Source: Heteronotia binoei
Taxonomy: Eukaryota
Direction: 5' to 3'
Assembly (NCBI RefSeq): GCF_032191835.1
Contig: NC_083224.1
Location: forward strand, 17,918,001 to 17,982,000
DNA length: 64,000 bases
The translations under genes were made by a program, and so were the position numbers. The notes under the pieces are model-generated. The model was not told the origin of the DNA. It searched no databases and saw only the letters and a program-made list of their open reading frames with translations. This document shows, piece after piece, positions 23,226-37,479 of this stretch (positions within the stretch are counted from its first letter, which is position 1; every line of letters begins with the position of its first letter).

Positions 23226-23765
23226 AAGGTAGGTAAAGGTATCACCCTGTGCAAGCACCAGTCATTTTCAACTCTGGGGTGACGTCACATCACAATGTTT
23301 TCATGACAGACCTAAAAAGAGCCCCGTGGCGCAGAGTGTTAAAGCTGCAGTACTGCAGTCCTAAGCTCTGCTCATGACCTGAGTTCGATCCCCGGCAGAA
23401 GCTGGGTTTTCAGGTAGCCAGCTCCAGGTTGACTCAGCCTTCCATCCTTCCGAGGTCGGTAAAATGAGTACCCTAGCTTGCTGGTGGGGGAAAGCGTAGA
23501 TGACTGGGGAAGGCAATGGCAAACCACCCTGTAAAAAGTCTGCCGTGAAAATGTGAAAGCACACAGGGGACCTTTCCTTGACATGGCCTTCCTCAGCCAT
23601 CTACACTTCCCTCCCCCAGCAAGCTGGGGTACTCATTTTACCGACCTCGGAAGGATGGAAGGCTGAGTCAACCTTGAGCTGGCTACCTGAGCCCAGCTTC
23701 CGCCAGGAGCCTAAGCAGAGAGCTCGGACTGCAGTACTGCAGCTTTACCGCTCTGCACCACGGGT
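23226..23765. mobile_element. Plus-strand Sauria SINE (23318-23580) nested in an older minus-strand Sauria SINE
   Basis: The minus-strand tail at 23226-23310 continues at 23581-23765. Confidence 0.8.
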
Positions 23766-24219
23766 CTGCTCTGGGATACTATGGTGGCTCTTTATTCCAC
23801 CAAATGTACATCCTGCTCCCTCTCCTCGCAAGGGCACTCGAGGTGACTTCCACAGCTCAGTGCACCTGATAAAACAGTGCAAAAGATACAAGAAACTTTT
23901 AAAAATAGGGAACTATTAAGCCATCTATCTCGGATAAACCCCACCCACCCTCCTGCAGGGCAGGCCTGGGGGCACCCCCCATCCTTCCCCTTCCCCCGTT
24001 GCCTGGCGGATCCCAATCCCCCAGAGGCCACCCGAGGAAGAGCCTCCTTGCAAGCCCTGCAAACCACCACCCCCTTCCCAAGGCAGCCCCCGGGGCTGAC
24101 AAAGGGACCCCCCCGACAGAGCAGAATATCCAGTCTGCAAAGGATCTAAACGACCCCCCCCCTCCCCCCAAGACGTGGCAAGATTCGAATTTGTGTCTTT
24201 GGAGACCGAAACGACTCAC

Positions 24220-24343
24220 TGGGGAGGGAATCTTCCTGGCCTTTTGCAATTCTGAAGCCTCCCTCCCTCCTCTTTCTCCTTCTGTCCCCTCCCTTTGTCT
24301 GCCTCTCTAGCCGACGGCTCGGCTCTTTTAACCCTTTCACGGT
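24220..24343 (-). promoter_or_regulatory. Gene 1 putative non-coding first exon / promoter arm
   Basis: Donor ccca|GTGAGT (intron starts 24219). It is homologous to 43262-43385, 60925-61075 and, inverted, 61235-61404. The TSS cannot be determined. Confidence 0.6.
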
Positions 24344-25115
24344 TTGTTGTTCAGTCGCACAGTCGAGTCCAACTCTTGGAGACCCCATGGACCAAGTCAC
24401 GCCAGGCCCTCCTGTCTTCCACCATCTTCCGAAGTCTCACCATCCTCAAATTCGTGTCTGTTACATCAGTAACACTGTCCAGCCATCTCATCTTTCGCCG
24501 TCCCCTTCTTCTTTTGTTGCCTTCTGTCTTCCCCAGCATCAGGGTCTTCCCCGGTGAGTGCTCCCTTCTCATTTGGTGGCCAAAGGATTTGAGCTTCAGC
24601 TTCAGCATCTGACCTTCCGGGGAACAGTCTGGGTAGATTTCCCTTAGGACTGACTGATTTGATCTTCTTGCAGTCCAAGGGACTCTCAAGAGTCTTCTCC
24701 AGCAACACAGCTCGAAAGCATCTATTCTTCTGCGCTCAGCCTTCCTTATGGTCCAGCTCTCACAACCATGCATTACTACTGGGAATACCATTGCCTTGAC
24801 TATACTTACTTTCGTTGGCAGGGTGATGTCTTTACTTTTTATTATACTGCCCAGGTTCGCCGTAGCGGTCCTCCCAAGGAGCAAACATCTTTTGATTTCA
24901 TGGCTACAGTCACCATCTGCAGTGATCTTGGATCCCAGAAATATGAAATCTGTCACTACTTCCATGTCTTCCCCTTCTATTTGCCAAGGTGTGATGGGGC
25001 CGGATGCCATAATCTTATTTTTTTTTGATGTTGAGTTTCAAGCCTACTTTTGTGCTCTCCTCTTTCACCCTCAACAAGAGGTTCTTTAGGTCCTCATTTT
25101 CTGCCATTCAAGGTT
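24344..25115 (-). mobile_element. Bov-B (RTE) LINE, 5'-truncated
   Basis: MASGPITPWQIEGEDMEVVTDFIFLGSKITADGDCSHEIKR...VHGVSKSWTRLCD, with a (caa) tail at 24344. Confidence 0.95.
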
Positions 25116-28100
25116 GCAGACCACCAAAAAAAGCTCCCTGCCCTCCCGGTAAAGCCCCCCCCCCCAGACTGGGCTTCAGCCGGGCTACGGTCAGTGCTGC
25201 CCTCTAATGCAGCTCAATGGGGCTGCTCGAGAGTCACTCCCCTGCACAGGGCTGTGCTTGGGGTGGACCCCAGGCTACAAGAGCACCATTAGCTTGTAAC
25301 TAACACAAGCACCTTCGCAGGCAGCTAACCCACTGGAGCTTGAGGTCTCCAGTGTATTTGTTAAGCTCCTGCGTATTTGTGCTTGTAGGTTACAATGGTT
25401 GAGTGTGTAAGAAGCTACAGGGCTAAATAGGGTTGCCAATCCCCAGGTGGGCTTATACAAAAAACCGCAAATAACTGTGGGAAATAACGAATAAGTCCTG
25501 AAAATTACTTCAAAAATATAAATGATTATTCTGCAAACACTTCGAAAATACATATCATTCCATATTATCAATAATTCATAAATACAAGGTACAACATGCA
25601 AGAAATAAAGTTCCAAAACTACTTTAGTTCATTGGGTCAATTTCTGGCTTAAAGCGCTTTGGAGACCATTCACGGGAAGAATAAAGTGCAGTGCCGACCA
25701 TATTTTGAATGCAGACGATTTTGATTTTCCAAGAATATTTCTTCTGTTTCCAAGGTGTTATCTTAAAACTTTCATCTTTTATAGAAGCTTTATATGCAGT
25801 GGGTCACCATCAGCCTCTGACAGTACTGCCTGTAGTACTGTTTCAAATTCCTTTGTCTAAGAGACATACCCCACTTATCAGCACACAACAAAACACGTTC
25901 ATGTAGCACTAGCTCTGGAGACTGGCTCATGAGAACATGAATAAAGGGGGAGGCAAACTCAGTTGCATCCATAACAAGCCCAACAAAACACACACACTCT
26001 TTCCGTAGCAAGGCAAAAAACTCATACCTTGACTAAAACGTTGCTGGCCTTACAGATGCTTTCTTTGTATCTCTCCAGTGGGATCAAGGGAACTGGGCAA
26101 AGGAAGCTCGCTCTCTTTCCCTCCTTCCCCAGAAGATGAGGAGGGGGAGGAGCCTCAGTCACTAGCAGGAAGACAGGCTTGGCTCAGAAGCTCTGCAGTG
26201 TGATTGAGCCTGGCAAACTTAATCACACAGCAGAGCTACAGAGCTAAGGTCCTCCACTGGCTGAGGCTCCTCCTCCCTTTGGGAGGGGGAGGAAGGAAAG
26301 AGCGAGGAGAGGCTGCTTTGCTTGGTTTCCTCAATAGGAAAGCATGCAAACTGTTGAGAAGAGGAATATCAAGCCAGCATTAGAGTGTGTGTCCAGACCA
26401 AGTTTACCCAGCACATTTCCTTTGATTGATTGGGGATTTTGAACTTAAGACTTCCCAGATAGTAGGCTGGTACTGATCACTATACATGGCTGTCACTCTG
26501 TTCCTGATTGCTTCATAAGAGATGCAGTTATTTTTCTAGGGAAGACTACAGTTTTGTAAATAAACACATAGCCCTCAGTCTGTGCCATGTTGCCTTCACA
26601 TGTTTTTGACCAGCACATGAATCAGCTTATGTACAAAAGTTCGCAATACCCAGCCATTTCATGTTTTCCTCTGGGTCATAGGATCAAAGCATTGACCATG
26701 AGATTTCTGTAATGAATGTCAATAAATCAAAAGTAGGTTTGCAACTTACAGATATCACAGAAAGACCATAGTACCATAGAATTTTTTTTTAATTCCTAGA
26801 GTTTCCTGCAAATTCCTAGAGTGCCCCTGCATGACATGCCACTTCAGGGTGTGAAAAAAAGTTCCCCGCCAGCAACCGGGGGGGGGGGGAGGGGAGACTT
26901 GGCAACCCTATCGCAAAGGAGGAAAGCTCAGCCAATGAAGGCCAGGGACGCTTGGCTTTATTCTCTCCCACACAAAGCAGGAACAAGGAAGAGGGAGCTG
27001 GGCAAAACGGAGTTGTGATGCAGTGGCAGCAGCAGCCCCAGAAAAGGAAGCAAGAGAACCAGCTGCTTGCGAGGATCTGAGACCTGCAGGGGCTGGGTTA
27101 ATATAGGGTACAGATAATCATTATACTCATCATTTTTAAAGGACATCTTATGTTTCTACTTAAAACAGCTGTCCCATGGAACAAAGTTTTTGACATGTTA
27201 TGATGATTTCACCCAACCTCAGGATTTCATCTTCTTTGCTGAGCAGCCCCCTTTCTTTCTTCTTTTTCTGTCTGAACCATGCAGCTGTGAGTTTGATAAC
27301 GCAGGAGGAAGATGATAAAAACATAACCTGTTTTATTTCACTTTTAAGGGCACTGGTCAGGTAGGATTCAGGTTTAGGACTTATCAGGTGAACAGGAATG
27401 GGGTAACCTTATAGAAATATAAACACCAGACAGTTTGTCACAAATAAGTAACCGTTCCTGCTATTCAAACAAGTCTTTACAAGCTGAGATTTCTTGGCAC
27501 TCTCTGCTTACATAAACAAGCACAAGCTTCTTGGTCTCAAAGACACTTGTTGGTGAAGGAAGGAACATTCCCACAAGTTCCAGTGTCCTTTCTTATTCAC
27601 TTGAGTACTGTGTGTTGAGTACTGTCATGTCGCTTCTGATTTATAGCGACTCTCTGAAATGACATTCTCCAAAACATCCTATATTTAGCTACCTCTCTGA
27701 ATATTCTGCATGCCGCCAGTAGGGACAGTCATCTGAGGTCGGCATGACTTTCAGATGCATACACAGACTCACATGCACACACATAAAAATACAATACCGC
27801 CACCCCCAATAAAATTGTTAATCCTCTACCAATTTTTACTCCACCATCTGAAACTGATCCAGATATCCTTACAATACATTCTGCATACAGATTGAAGAGA
27901 TAGGGAGATAAAATGCATTGGTGACACCTTTGCCAGTTGGAAACCATTCTGCTGGAAATCCATGGGCTGGGATGAGAAATATACCGGTTAGGGTGAGGGA
28001 AGGTGTTGTTCTTATTTTCAAGGTATCTCTTCCTTGCTTTTCGTCAGGTATCGTTTAACTCATCTATGTTTTTGTCCTCAGAACAACTATGTTAGGCTGA

Positions 28101-28238
28101 GAGAGCAACTGATCCAAAGTCACCCAACAACTTCTATGGCAGAGATGGACTTACGAACCTGGGTCTCCTAGTTATTAGTTTCCATGCTTAAACCTCCGCA
28201 CCATGGGGTGCAAATGTGTCTTTGTGGAATGTCAGATC

Positions 28239-28967
28239 TAGTGATGTAAAATTTCTGGAAATTTTGAAGCTCAGAAAAAAACCCGTCCCCCCCCCTTTTT
28301 TTTTCCCGGAAAAAAATAGGAAAAAATGCTACATTAGCACTTCTTTTTTCTTTCTTTTCCAGAATGAAGTCATTCTGTTACTTTAGAAACATAAAATATG
28401 ACTATGGACAATTTTACTTGGCATTATCACAACTAGCATATTACAAATGTAGTACATCCAAACAATTATTACAAACAGAATTTACTTTTTAAATAACATT
28501 TATTTGTAATTGTAACAAATGGAGCAACAATCTCCTGAAACGTTTGCTAGTTTATGTGGAACAGACAAATAAACCTCCACAAAATAATTTTTAAAAATCC
28601 AGAAGTAACAATTATTCATATTTCCTCTCCACAGTATTAAATAAAAATAAAAAACTCATTCTCATAAAAAGAACTGAAGAGGGGGGAAGTGTATAGAAGA
28701 GAGTATAGGATTAAGTTTCAATGTATGGGCATGACCTAGGATTTACTTGTCCTCAGTGCACAGAAATTAGAATAATCTGATACCATACATATTTTTTAGA
28801 AACGATTTGGAAAATATTTGAACACCTTGCCTTAAAATATTTTATTCTTCATGTTAAAATAAAACGTTCCATAATCAATTTTTTTTCTTTTCTTTTTTTC
28901 AGTTTTTCCAGTTCTTTGCTTTTCCCACTGAATTTTTCCGTTTTTTTCCCGAGCCTTCACATCTCTA
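28239..28967. mobile_element. AT-rich non-autonomous hAT element, specific to unit 2
   Basis: TIR-like ends tagtgatgtaaa / ttcacatctcta and a degenerate 8-bp TSD gtcagatc / gactgatc. The empty site ggtcagatc|tctaag is at 9640-9655. Confidence 0.75.
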
Positions 28968-29479
28968 GACTGATCTCTAAGTGAGAATTAACTGCAAGAA
29001 AAGGAGGTGGAGCAGACTTGAAATTGGAGGAGAGTGGATTAGTGTGCATGAATCACACCAAGGTGGTGGAAGAAAAGGGAAAATTTAGGAGGTTGGGTCA
29101 TTGACAAGCGGCTGATGAATCTGTGGAGGGTTGATGATTTTTTGTGGGTGATTGAGCTACTGTTAAGGGCAGTGTCTCCAGTCCCTTGAAGAGTTTATAT
29201 TCTATGTGTACGATTTTGGGTGATCCTCTCCAAATGGGGAAGAAACCCTGCTTCACAAGCAAAAATGCATCCATGGTTGCGGAGAAAAAATGCTGCTGAT
29301 CCAGTGTAGTGAAGAAATGTATTTTCAGAGTGCGAAGAGGACTACTTAGGCCGACAAGTGGAGGAAGAGAGATGGACAGGAGAAATTTCTCTAAGGTGGG
29401 AGGCATTCTGAAGCTGGATTACAAATTGTGAGTCAGTACACTTGGGAAAATGGGACATTCACACTGCTCCTCACCTACC

Positions 29480-30024
29480 AATTAAAAGATCCTACAAATT
29501 GCAGGTACATGGGGAAGCAGTGTGATGCTGTATGGAAGTATAAGTTTCCTGAAGTTGGCATTAGGAAATTTTATTAGTTTTTTGGGTCCAAATTACCCCC
29601 ATGTTAAGACTTTTGCTTCTAAAATTGTATATATGTTTGGAACAATGTACCTTTGTGAACAGCTCTATTCTGGAATAACTCTCCATAAATCGAGAGTACA
29701 TTCTCAATTTACAGATACACACCTAACCAGCACAGTCAAAATTGCTACAGCACAGTCATTGATTCCAGATTTTGATGTAGTAATTCAGAGAAAGAGATGT
29801 CACTTACCCAAAACTGCTAAATAAAGGAAATACTGTAAGGCTGCTCATTCTTTAGGTACTTTTGTATATTGAGTAAAAAATAATATTGTCAATTGGGTTT
29901 GCTCATGTTCTTTCTAAAGTTTATATCTCTGGTACCTGGTATTGTACTATATGGCACACTGGTCCGGTCCAACAAAGTAACGTTTCTGTCAGATCATTGT
30001 CACAAATGAGTTCAACACCCCTAG
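29480..30024 (+). mobile_element. hAT transposase C-terminal remnant in the gene 2 3' UTR
   Basis: YPHVKTFASKIVYMFGTMYLCEQLYSGITLHKSRVHSQFTDTHLTSTVKIATAQ. Confidence 0.85.
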
Positions 30025-30028
30025 GCTA

Positions 30029-30907
<879 letters not shown>

Positions 30908-33127
30908 TGACTGAATCTCTTCCCACACTCTGAGCATTCAAAAGGCTTCTCTCCTGTGTGGGTTTTTTGATGCTGTTGAAGATAACCACTGCAGCTGAAT
31001 CTCTTCCCACATTCTGAGCATTCATAAGGCTTCTCCCCTGTGTGGGTTCTTAGATGGTTTTGAAGAGTGTTACTGTGACTGAATCTGTTTCCACAGTCTG
31101 AGCATTCAAAAGGCTTCTCCCCTGTGTGGGTTCTTAGATGTCTTTGAAGATTGCTACTGTGACTGAATCTGTTTCCACACTCTGAGCATTCAAAAGGCTT
31201 CTCCCCTGTGTGGGTTTTTTGATGCTGTTGAAGATCCCTACTCTGACTGAATCTCTTCCCACACTGTGAGCATTCAAAAGGTTTTTCCCCTGTGTGGGTT
31301 CTTAGATGACTTTGAAGATGGCAATTGTAGCTGAATCTCTTCCCACACTCTGGGCATTCAAAAGGCTTCTCCCCTTTGTGTGTTCTCTGATGCTGTTGAA
31401 GATTGCCACTGTGACTGAATCTCTTCCCACACTCTGAGCATTCAAAAGGCTTCTCCCCTGTGTGGGTTCTTACATGTTTTTCAAGACTGCTACTGTAACT
31501 GAATCCCTTTCCACACTCTGAGCATTCAAAAGGTTTCCGTACTGTGTGGGTTCTTAGATGTTTTATAAGACTGCTACTATCACTGAAACTCTTCCCACAC
31601 TCTGAGCATTCAAAAGGCTTCTCCCCTGTGTGGGTTCCTAAATGAGTTTGAAGATCATCAGTCCGACTGAATCTCTTCCCACATTCAGCACATTCAAAAG
31701 GCTTCTCCCTTGTGTGGGTTCTTTGATGCTGCTGAAGATAGCCACTGTAGCTGAATCTCTTCCCACACTCTGAGCATTCATAAGGCTTCTCCTCTTTGTG
31801 GGTCCTTAGATGTTTTAGAAGGGTGCTACTGTGGCAGAATCTCTTCCCACACTCTGAGCATTCAAAAGGCTTCTCCCCTGCGTGGATTCTTAGATGACTT
31901 TGTAGACTGCTACTGTGAGTGAATCTATTTCCACACTCGGAGCATGTAAAAGGTTTCTCACCTTTGTGGGTTCTTAGATGTTTTTGAAGGGCGCCACTGT
32001 GACTGAATCTCTTCCCACACTCTGAGCATTCAAAAGGCTTCTCTCCTGTGTGGGTTCTTCGATGCTGTTGAAGAGAACCATTTTGACTGAATCTCTTTCC
32101 ACACTCTGAGCATTCAAAGGGCTTCTCCCCTGTGTGGGTTCTTAGATGTTTTTGAAGACTACTACTTTCACTGAATCTCTTCCCACACTCTGAGCATTCA
32201 AAAGGCTTCTTCCCTTTGTGGGTTCGTAGACAACTTTGAAGATTGCTACTGTGACTGAATCTCTTCCCACACTCTGAGCATTCAGAAGGCTTCTCTCCAG
32301 TGTGGATTCTTCCATGCTGTTGAAGACTGCTAGTGTGACTGAATCTCCTTCCACACTGTGAGCAGTGAAAAGACTTCACCCCTGCGAGGGTTCGTAGATG
32401 ACTTTGAAGTTCGCCACTCCAACTGAATCTCTTTCCACACTCTGAGCACTCAAAAGGCTTCTCCCCTGTGTGGATGGTTTTATGCTGTTGAAGAGTGCTA
32501 CTGTGACAGAATTCCTTCCAAGACTCTGAGCGTTCAAAAGGCTTCTCCCCTGTGTGGGTTCTTTGATGCTGTTTAAGAAGGAAACAATGGGTGAATTTCT
32601 TTCCACACTCTGAACACTCAAAAGGTTTCTCTGCTGTGTGGATCCTTTGGTGCACAAGGAGTTGTGATTTGTATCTGAAATACTTTCCACACTGAAAACG
32701 TTTACATGCTTTCATTGTACTGTAATTTGAAAAATGTATACTATATTTGGTTTCATCTGAGAAGTTCATTCCACACTCCAAGCGCTTGTATGTTTCTTCC
32801 AGCAAGTGAATTGCTTCTTGGCGATAACCCTCTTGGCAAGGAATGGATTTATCCCTCTTCTGCACCATGCGCCTGACTTTCTGCCTCTGAGGCCTACTTG
32901 GAATCCTGATGTTTCTTCTCACATCTTCATTTTTTACTTCGTCTGGTGGTAAATGATGTAGTTCCTCATCCTCCTCATTCCTCTGATCATCTCCTGTTGG
33001 AATAAGAGAGATATCTTCTGTTAGAATCCACACAAGGAGGTCTGCTATGCTCCTAAATTTAAGTGCAGTAAGCTTCCTGCATCAGAGCCTCTTGATTGGG
33101 GCTCTTACAATTTTTATGGCTTCCTAT

Positions 33128-33339
33128 CAGTGTTCCCTCTAAACTGAGTTAGCGTGAGCTAGCTCACAGATTTTTAGCCTTCAGCTCACACATTTTTGCC
33201 TTAGCTCAGGAAGGATGACCCCAGAGCACACTAATTTATGCAATAGCTCACAACTTTAGTGCCAGTAGCTCACAACTTTAATGCCACCTCAAAAGTAGAA
33301 TTTTTGCTCACAAGGCTCTGCAGCTTAGAGGGAACATTG
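33128..33339. mobile_element. hAT MITE (TIR cagtgttccctctaa), specific to unit 2
   Basis: 8-bp TSD cttcctat / ctccccat. The site is empty at 13365 and 52590. The same family occurs at 18830-19010, 37985-38170, 42915-43098 and 61695-62275. Confidence 0.8.
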
Positions 33340-33627
33340 CTCCCCATGCTTGTGTGACTTCTTTGATGTGAAGTAAGGGCTGCTTTATGTTTGAAGCTCT
33401 TTTTGTACTCCAAGCAATTAATACAATTGGTCTCCTAAGGGCATTAGCATCTGCAATATGACATTCATTCTCTGACTGAAGGTCTTTGCAAAGGCCATAC
33501 TTTCATTTCCCTTTTCCCTGTGGTGGTTTCTCTGGTTCACACAGAGGTCTCTGTTCCTTCTTCTGTTTACTGACCTTTCTTCATGGACTGGGGATTCAGG
33601 GAGGAATAGGCTTATCCTTCCTATTAC

Positions 33628-33741
33628 CTGTGTGGCTTTCCTCCTGCCTCTGTGCTCCATCTTGATAGTTTTCTTTGGTATTTCCATCCTTGACTATTCC
33701 CAAAGATTCCTGGAATTCCCCAGCTGCCTCCTCGACATCAG
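33628..33741 (-). CDS. Gene 2 exon 6 (114 bp, phase 1-1)
   Basis: ttttggcag| ADVEEAAGEFQESLGIVKDG...EESHTG |gtaata. Confidence 0.72.
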
Positions 33742-34406
33742 CTGCCAAAATTAAGAGATTTTCAATCAACACCCATGCAAGAAGCCAAGCCACCAGTCAG
33801 GCACTCCTCTCTCTTGGGTCTGTATTTCTTTTATAAGAACTTCTTTCCTACCAAACTGAGCTGCTGGCCGCACCTTATCCCTGCCTGGACTTCCCACAGA
33901 GCTGTTTTGATAGTCTGCCCTTCCTTCCTCTCCCTAAACTTATTTTAAGGCAGAAGGTGGCAAAGAATGATTCCAGTGTGCTCCCATTTGACTTCCCATG
34001 CAGCTCTTTTGATTCTCTGCTCTTGACAATTAAATACAAGAAATTATCATGACATCCAGTCCTGCAACTGCACTGAGAGGTTCCTTCCAGTTATGAAGAG
34101 AGCCAGGAGGAGCTGGTTTCCAGCCTCCCCCAAATATACCTTTTCTGTGGATCTACCCAGGATCTAACCACGTGAACCCCATAGTACAGAGGGAGACCCC
34201 TATGCTTTTTGGAAGAGGTGCCATTGTTTAGGGGGGGCGGGTAACGGCCGATGAGAAAACCAGCCACCTTTCTCAAGCTCAGAAGCATTTTCTTGATATT
34301 TCTGAGCCATTATTTACATCTTAGATGGGCCAATTGTCTAATGTGCAGCAATTTCTTCATCATCCAGGGATATCTGCCTTTCCAACAAGCACCAAGTCAG
34401 CCTCTC

Positions 34407-34613
34407 ATATGAACATATGAAGCTGCCTTTTACTGAATCAGACCCTTGGTCCATCAAAGTCAGTATTGTCTTCTCAGACTGGCAGCGGTTCTCCAGGGTC
34501 TCATGCTGAGGTTTTTCACACCTATTTGCCTGGACCCTTTTTTGGAGATGCCAGGGATTGAACCTGGGACCTTCTGCTTACCAAGCAGATGCTCTACCAC
34601 TGAGCCACCATCT
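34407..34613 (-). mobile_element. Squam2-type SINE, specific to unit 2
   Basis: Full head and tail. The empty site is at about 16310. Confidence 0.75.
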
Positions 34614-36325
34614 CTCTCTGGAAGGGAGTGTATCTTATTGTCATGAAGAGATAGCCAGAAGACTGGCTTAGGAGGCCTCAAGGTCATTAATTTGTTGCAG
34701 TAGAGTAAGAGCCTCTGGAAGCCCATCCCAGAGGAACACACAGTGCCAAAAAGTCCTGATAAGGCCTCAGAATAGTCTGTCTTGTTCCACCTTCCTGTAA
34801 CACAGAGGGAACACGCACTGGACATACAGATATGCAATACGCTGGCTTTGAAGAAACCTGAGGATTGGGGAGAGCTGAGTGGACAGGTATACCTGGCTTT
34901 TCTGTGGCAGACACTTCCCTGCCTCACTTCTTTGTGAAGGAGTTGGTGAAGGAGGATCCCTGCATAATTAATGAATACCCCTATAATAATGAATGAAAGC
35001 ATGTTTTTGCCTTTAAAAAGAGGGTGTTGGATACAATGTTTGTTTGAAGCAACTATCCGAGGTCAGATTGTCTCAGTGGGTGCAAATTCAAGGTTGTAAA
35101 TTAGATTAGAGACAGTGACCTCATAGAGGCCTCTGGATGTGTATTAGATAACAAAAGGGCCTCTGCCTCTTTGAGAAGCTTCTTGCAAGAGCTGATAACG
35201 CATGGAGACAGAAGGTAGAAGGAGAGCAAGGGGGGTGGGGGATGTTGAGTTAGATAAGCTTGGGGGCCTGCCTGCTTGTTTTGGGTGTGAATAAAATGGG
35301 CTGGATGTAAAATGATCTTAACTATGTCATTTTAGAGGCTTATGGCTGGCTACTTGATATCAAAGTAAATTCGGTTTCATACCAGCAATTTGTGCGGACC
35401 TCGTTATTTCTCTGCTTCATTGGTCACTTGCCTCTTGGGGATACCGGAGCTCACTGCAGTACTTTCTCTATCCTGTTGTGGGGCTCAACCAACTGTGCTT
35501 CAACTGAGAACTTGTCTCTCTTTTATTGGGCTATGGAAACTCTTCAAAAGAACACGATTCCACCCTCTTGGGATGAGGACTGATCCACCTCATGATAACA
35601 GAGGTTGTTGTATGGTTCAGCTTAAGCCACTTTCGCTTGGGTTGCAGTGTTAATTGGTGGGTCTACTTGCTGCAGAACACCCTTGCAAGGTACAACAGCT
35701 CCTAGGAAGCACTCAGAGCCATCTCCAACTATAGGGAGGCCTGAATTCACCCATGTGAAGACTCTAGGAAAGGGCTGATGGGCCTTTGGCCTCATCTAGC
35801 AGGGCTGGTCTTATCTAACCCCCTCTTCCCTGGAATATCCAGTATTTAAGGCTAGTGTGGCCACTCAACAGCCACAAGTGAGCTCAGCCCCAGAAGGAGC
35901 TTCTGAGCCTCCAGATTCCAGGCCCCCAAAGGCCCCTCCTCTCCCCTCACTCAGCAGGCTTGGGAATTCTACCAAAACAAGCGCTGCTTAGAAGTGAAGA
36001 GGAAAGGTTCCAAGGATATTCCCTTGACATAATTGTGAAGGATACCCACTTGCTGCCAGTTCATTTGGGAAGGATACCCCAAAATCCCATCTGGGGAAGG
36101 GGATGCTGTAATGGCTGACGATTGAGAAATCAGGATCTGGCTCCTTCCAGAATCTTTCTGAAGGCCTCTCAGCCCCTTTTCGCCTCGGGCCACGACACTC
36201 TTTCTGGCTTGGGTGATGGCCACAACACTGGCCTCAGCTGCCCTGGATCTGTGGGGTGTCATGGTGAACATCACTTTCATGGCCACCCCAACTTCACACC
36301 TTCAGCACATATGAAAGATCCTTAC

Positions 36326-36452
36326 CCAGAAAAGCCACGCTCCCATAGTTCTCCAGCATGACTTCCCTGTAGAGGGCTTTCTGGCCTGGATCCAGCAGGT
36401 CCCACTCCACCACGGTGAAATACACGGCCACCTCCTCAAAGGAAAATGGAGA
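36326..36452 (-). CDS. Gene 2 KRAB-A exon (127 bp)
   Basis: [42 protein letters not shown](G), with canonical splice sites. Confidence 0.95.
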
Positions 36453-36651
36453 CTGAAAGAAAAAGCAGATTCCCCCATCACTGATCATCACTTGACACTC
36501 TCGACAGGGGGAGTTTTTAAGGGTGCAGGATGCAGAGCCCAGTATGGGTGAAGGCAGGGCTCTTCAGAGCCTCTCTTCCTCAGACAGCAGGAGCGAAAGC
36601 TTCCCTGAGGAAGAACCGAAGGCTCTGACTATCCCGTTCATCCCCCCCTAC

Positions 36652-36719
36652 CTGGGCCAAAGGTCGAGGTGTTTCCATTTCTCTGCAAAGAAAATGGCTC
36701 GATAACGTCTCTTCGCTGG
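36652..36719 (-). CDS. Gene 2 exon 4 (68 bp, ASEETLSSHFLCREMETPRPLAQ)
   Basis: Canonical flanks, phase 1-0. It is 6 bp shorter than in gene 1 and keeps the frame. Confidence 0.8.
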
Positions 36720-36944
36720 CTGCAAGGGAGACAAAACGGGAAGGAAGACTTTTAGCCTCAAACCAAAATATATATATATACTTTCCCTTATAGTGGGGTG
36801 GCCATCATGACATCCTATCTCACTGTATCCCAAATCTCCATTCTATGTAGTCTGCAGAAGTTTTCCCCTTTTCTCCTGTCCTAAAATTTCTGGCAGCAAC
36901 TCCGTCACATGCCCCGATCCCCTGTGGGCAGGAGGCCCCCTTAC

Positions 36945-37059
36945 CACAAGACAGGGCATCTTGGGCACGCTCCTGGGCCTGTGCCCTCTGACCTTCCTCT
37001 GACGGAGCTCCTTCTGCCTCAGAGAACTCTGCTTCTGCCTTCACGGATCCTCCCCACAT
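36945..37059 (-). CDS. Gene 2 exon 3 (115 bp)
   Basis: tgttccag|ATGTGG ... tgtg|gtaagg. Confidence 0.8.
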
Positions 37060-37479
37060 CTGGAACAACAGCAAGGGAGAGAGGCAAGAGAAGGATTGGA
37101 ACAGGTTGAAGAGATGGATCCGGACCCACTGCCAGAGTCCTCATCCCACCACCAGAACTGCTATAGCCACAAGGGCAAGAACCAGGATTGGGTTTTCTTC
37201 CCCGCCGAGTGAATTATATAGAGGTAGAAGTATCTAATAAAAGACAGGAACAACAGACTGGAGCATTATAAATAAGAGATGAAAGGAGGACAGAATCCTT
37301 TCAAGATGGTAGAGTTTCACTAGAGCTGTTTCAAGCCACTGAAAAGGAGTCCATCAAAATCTTAACAAGAACCAGCTAACAAAATTGGAAACAAAACAAT
37401 GCCCCACTGACTGGAAAACACTCATTTTACATTCCAATTCCAAATAATGATGTCAAAGACCACTGCATTAATTCCTCAT

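Larger units (their letters stand above)
6539..25451. repeat. Segmental duplication unit 1 (contains gene 1)
   Basis: Collinear with 26412-44885 in both unique and genic sequence (e.g. 6541 vs 26414, 8590 vs 27200, 9640 vs 28975, 25350 vs 44790). Confidence 0.9.
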
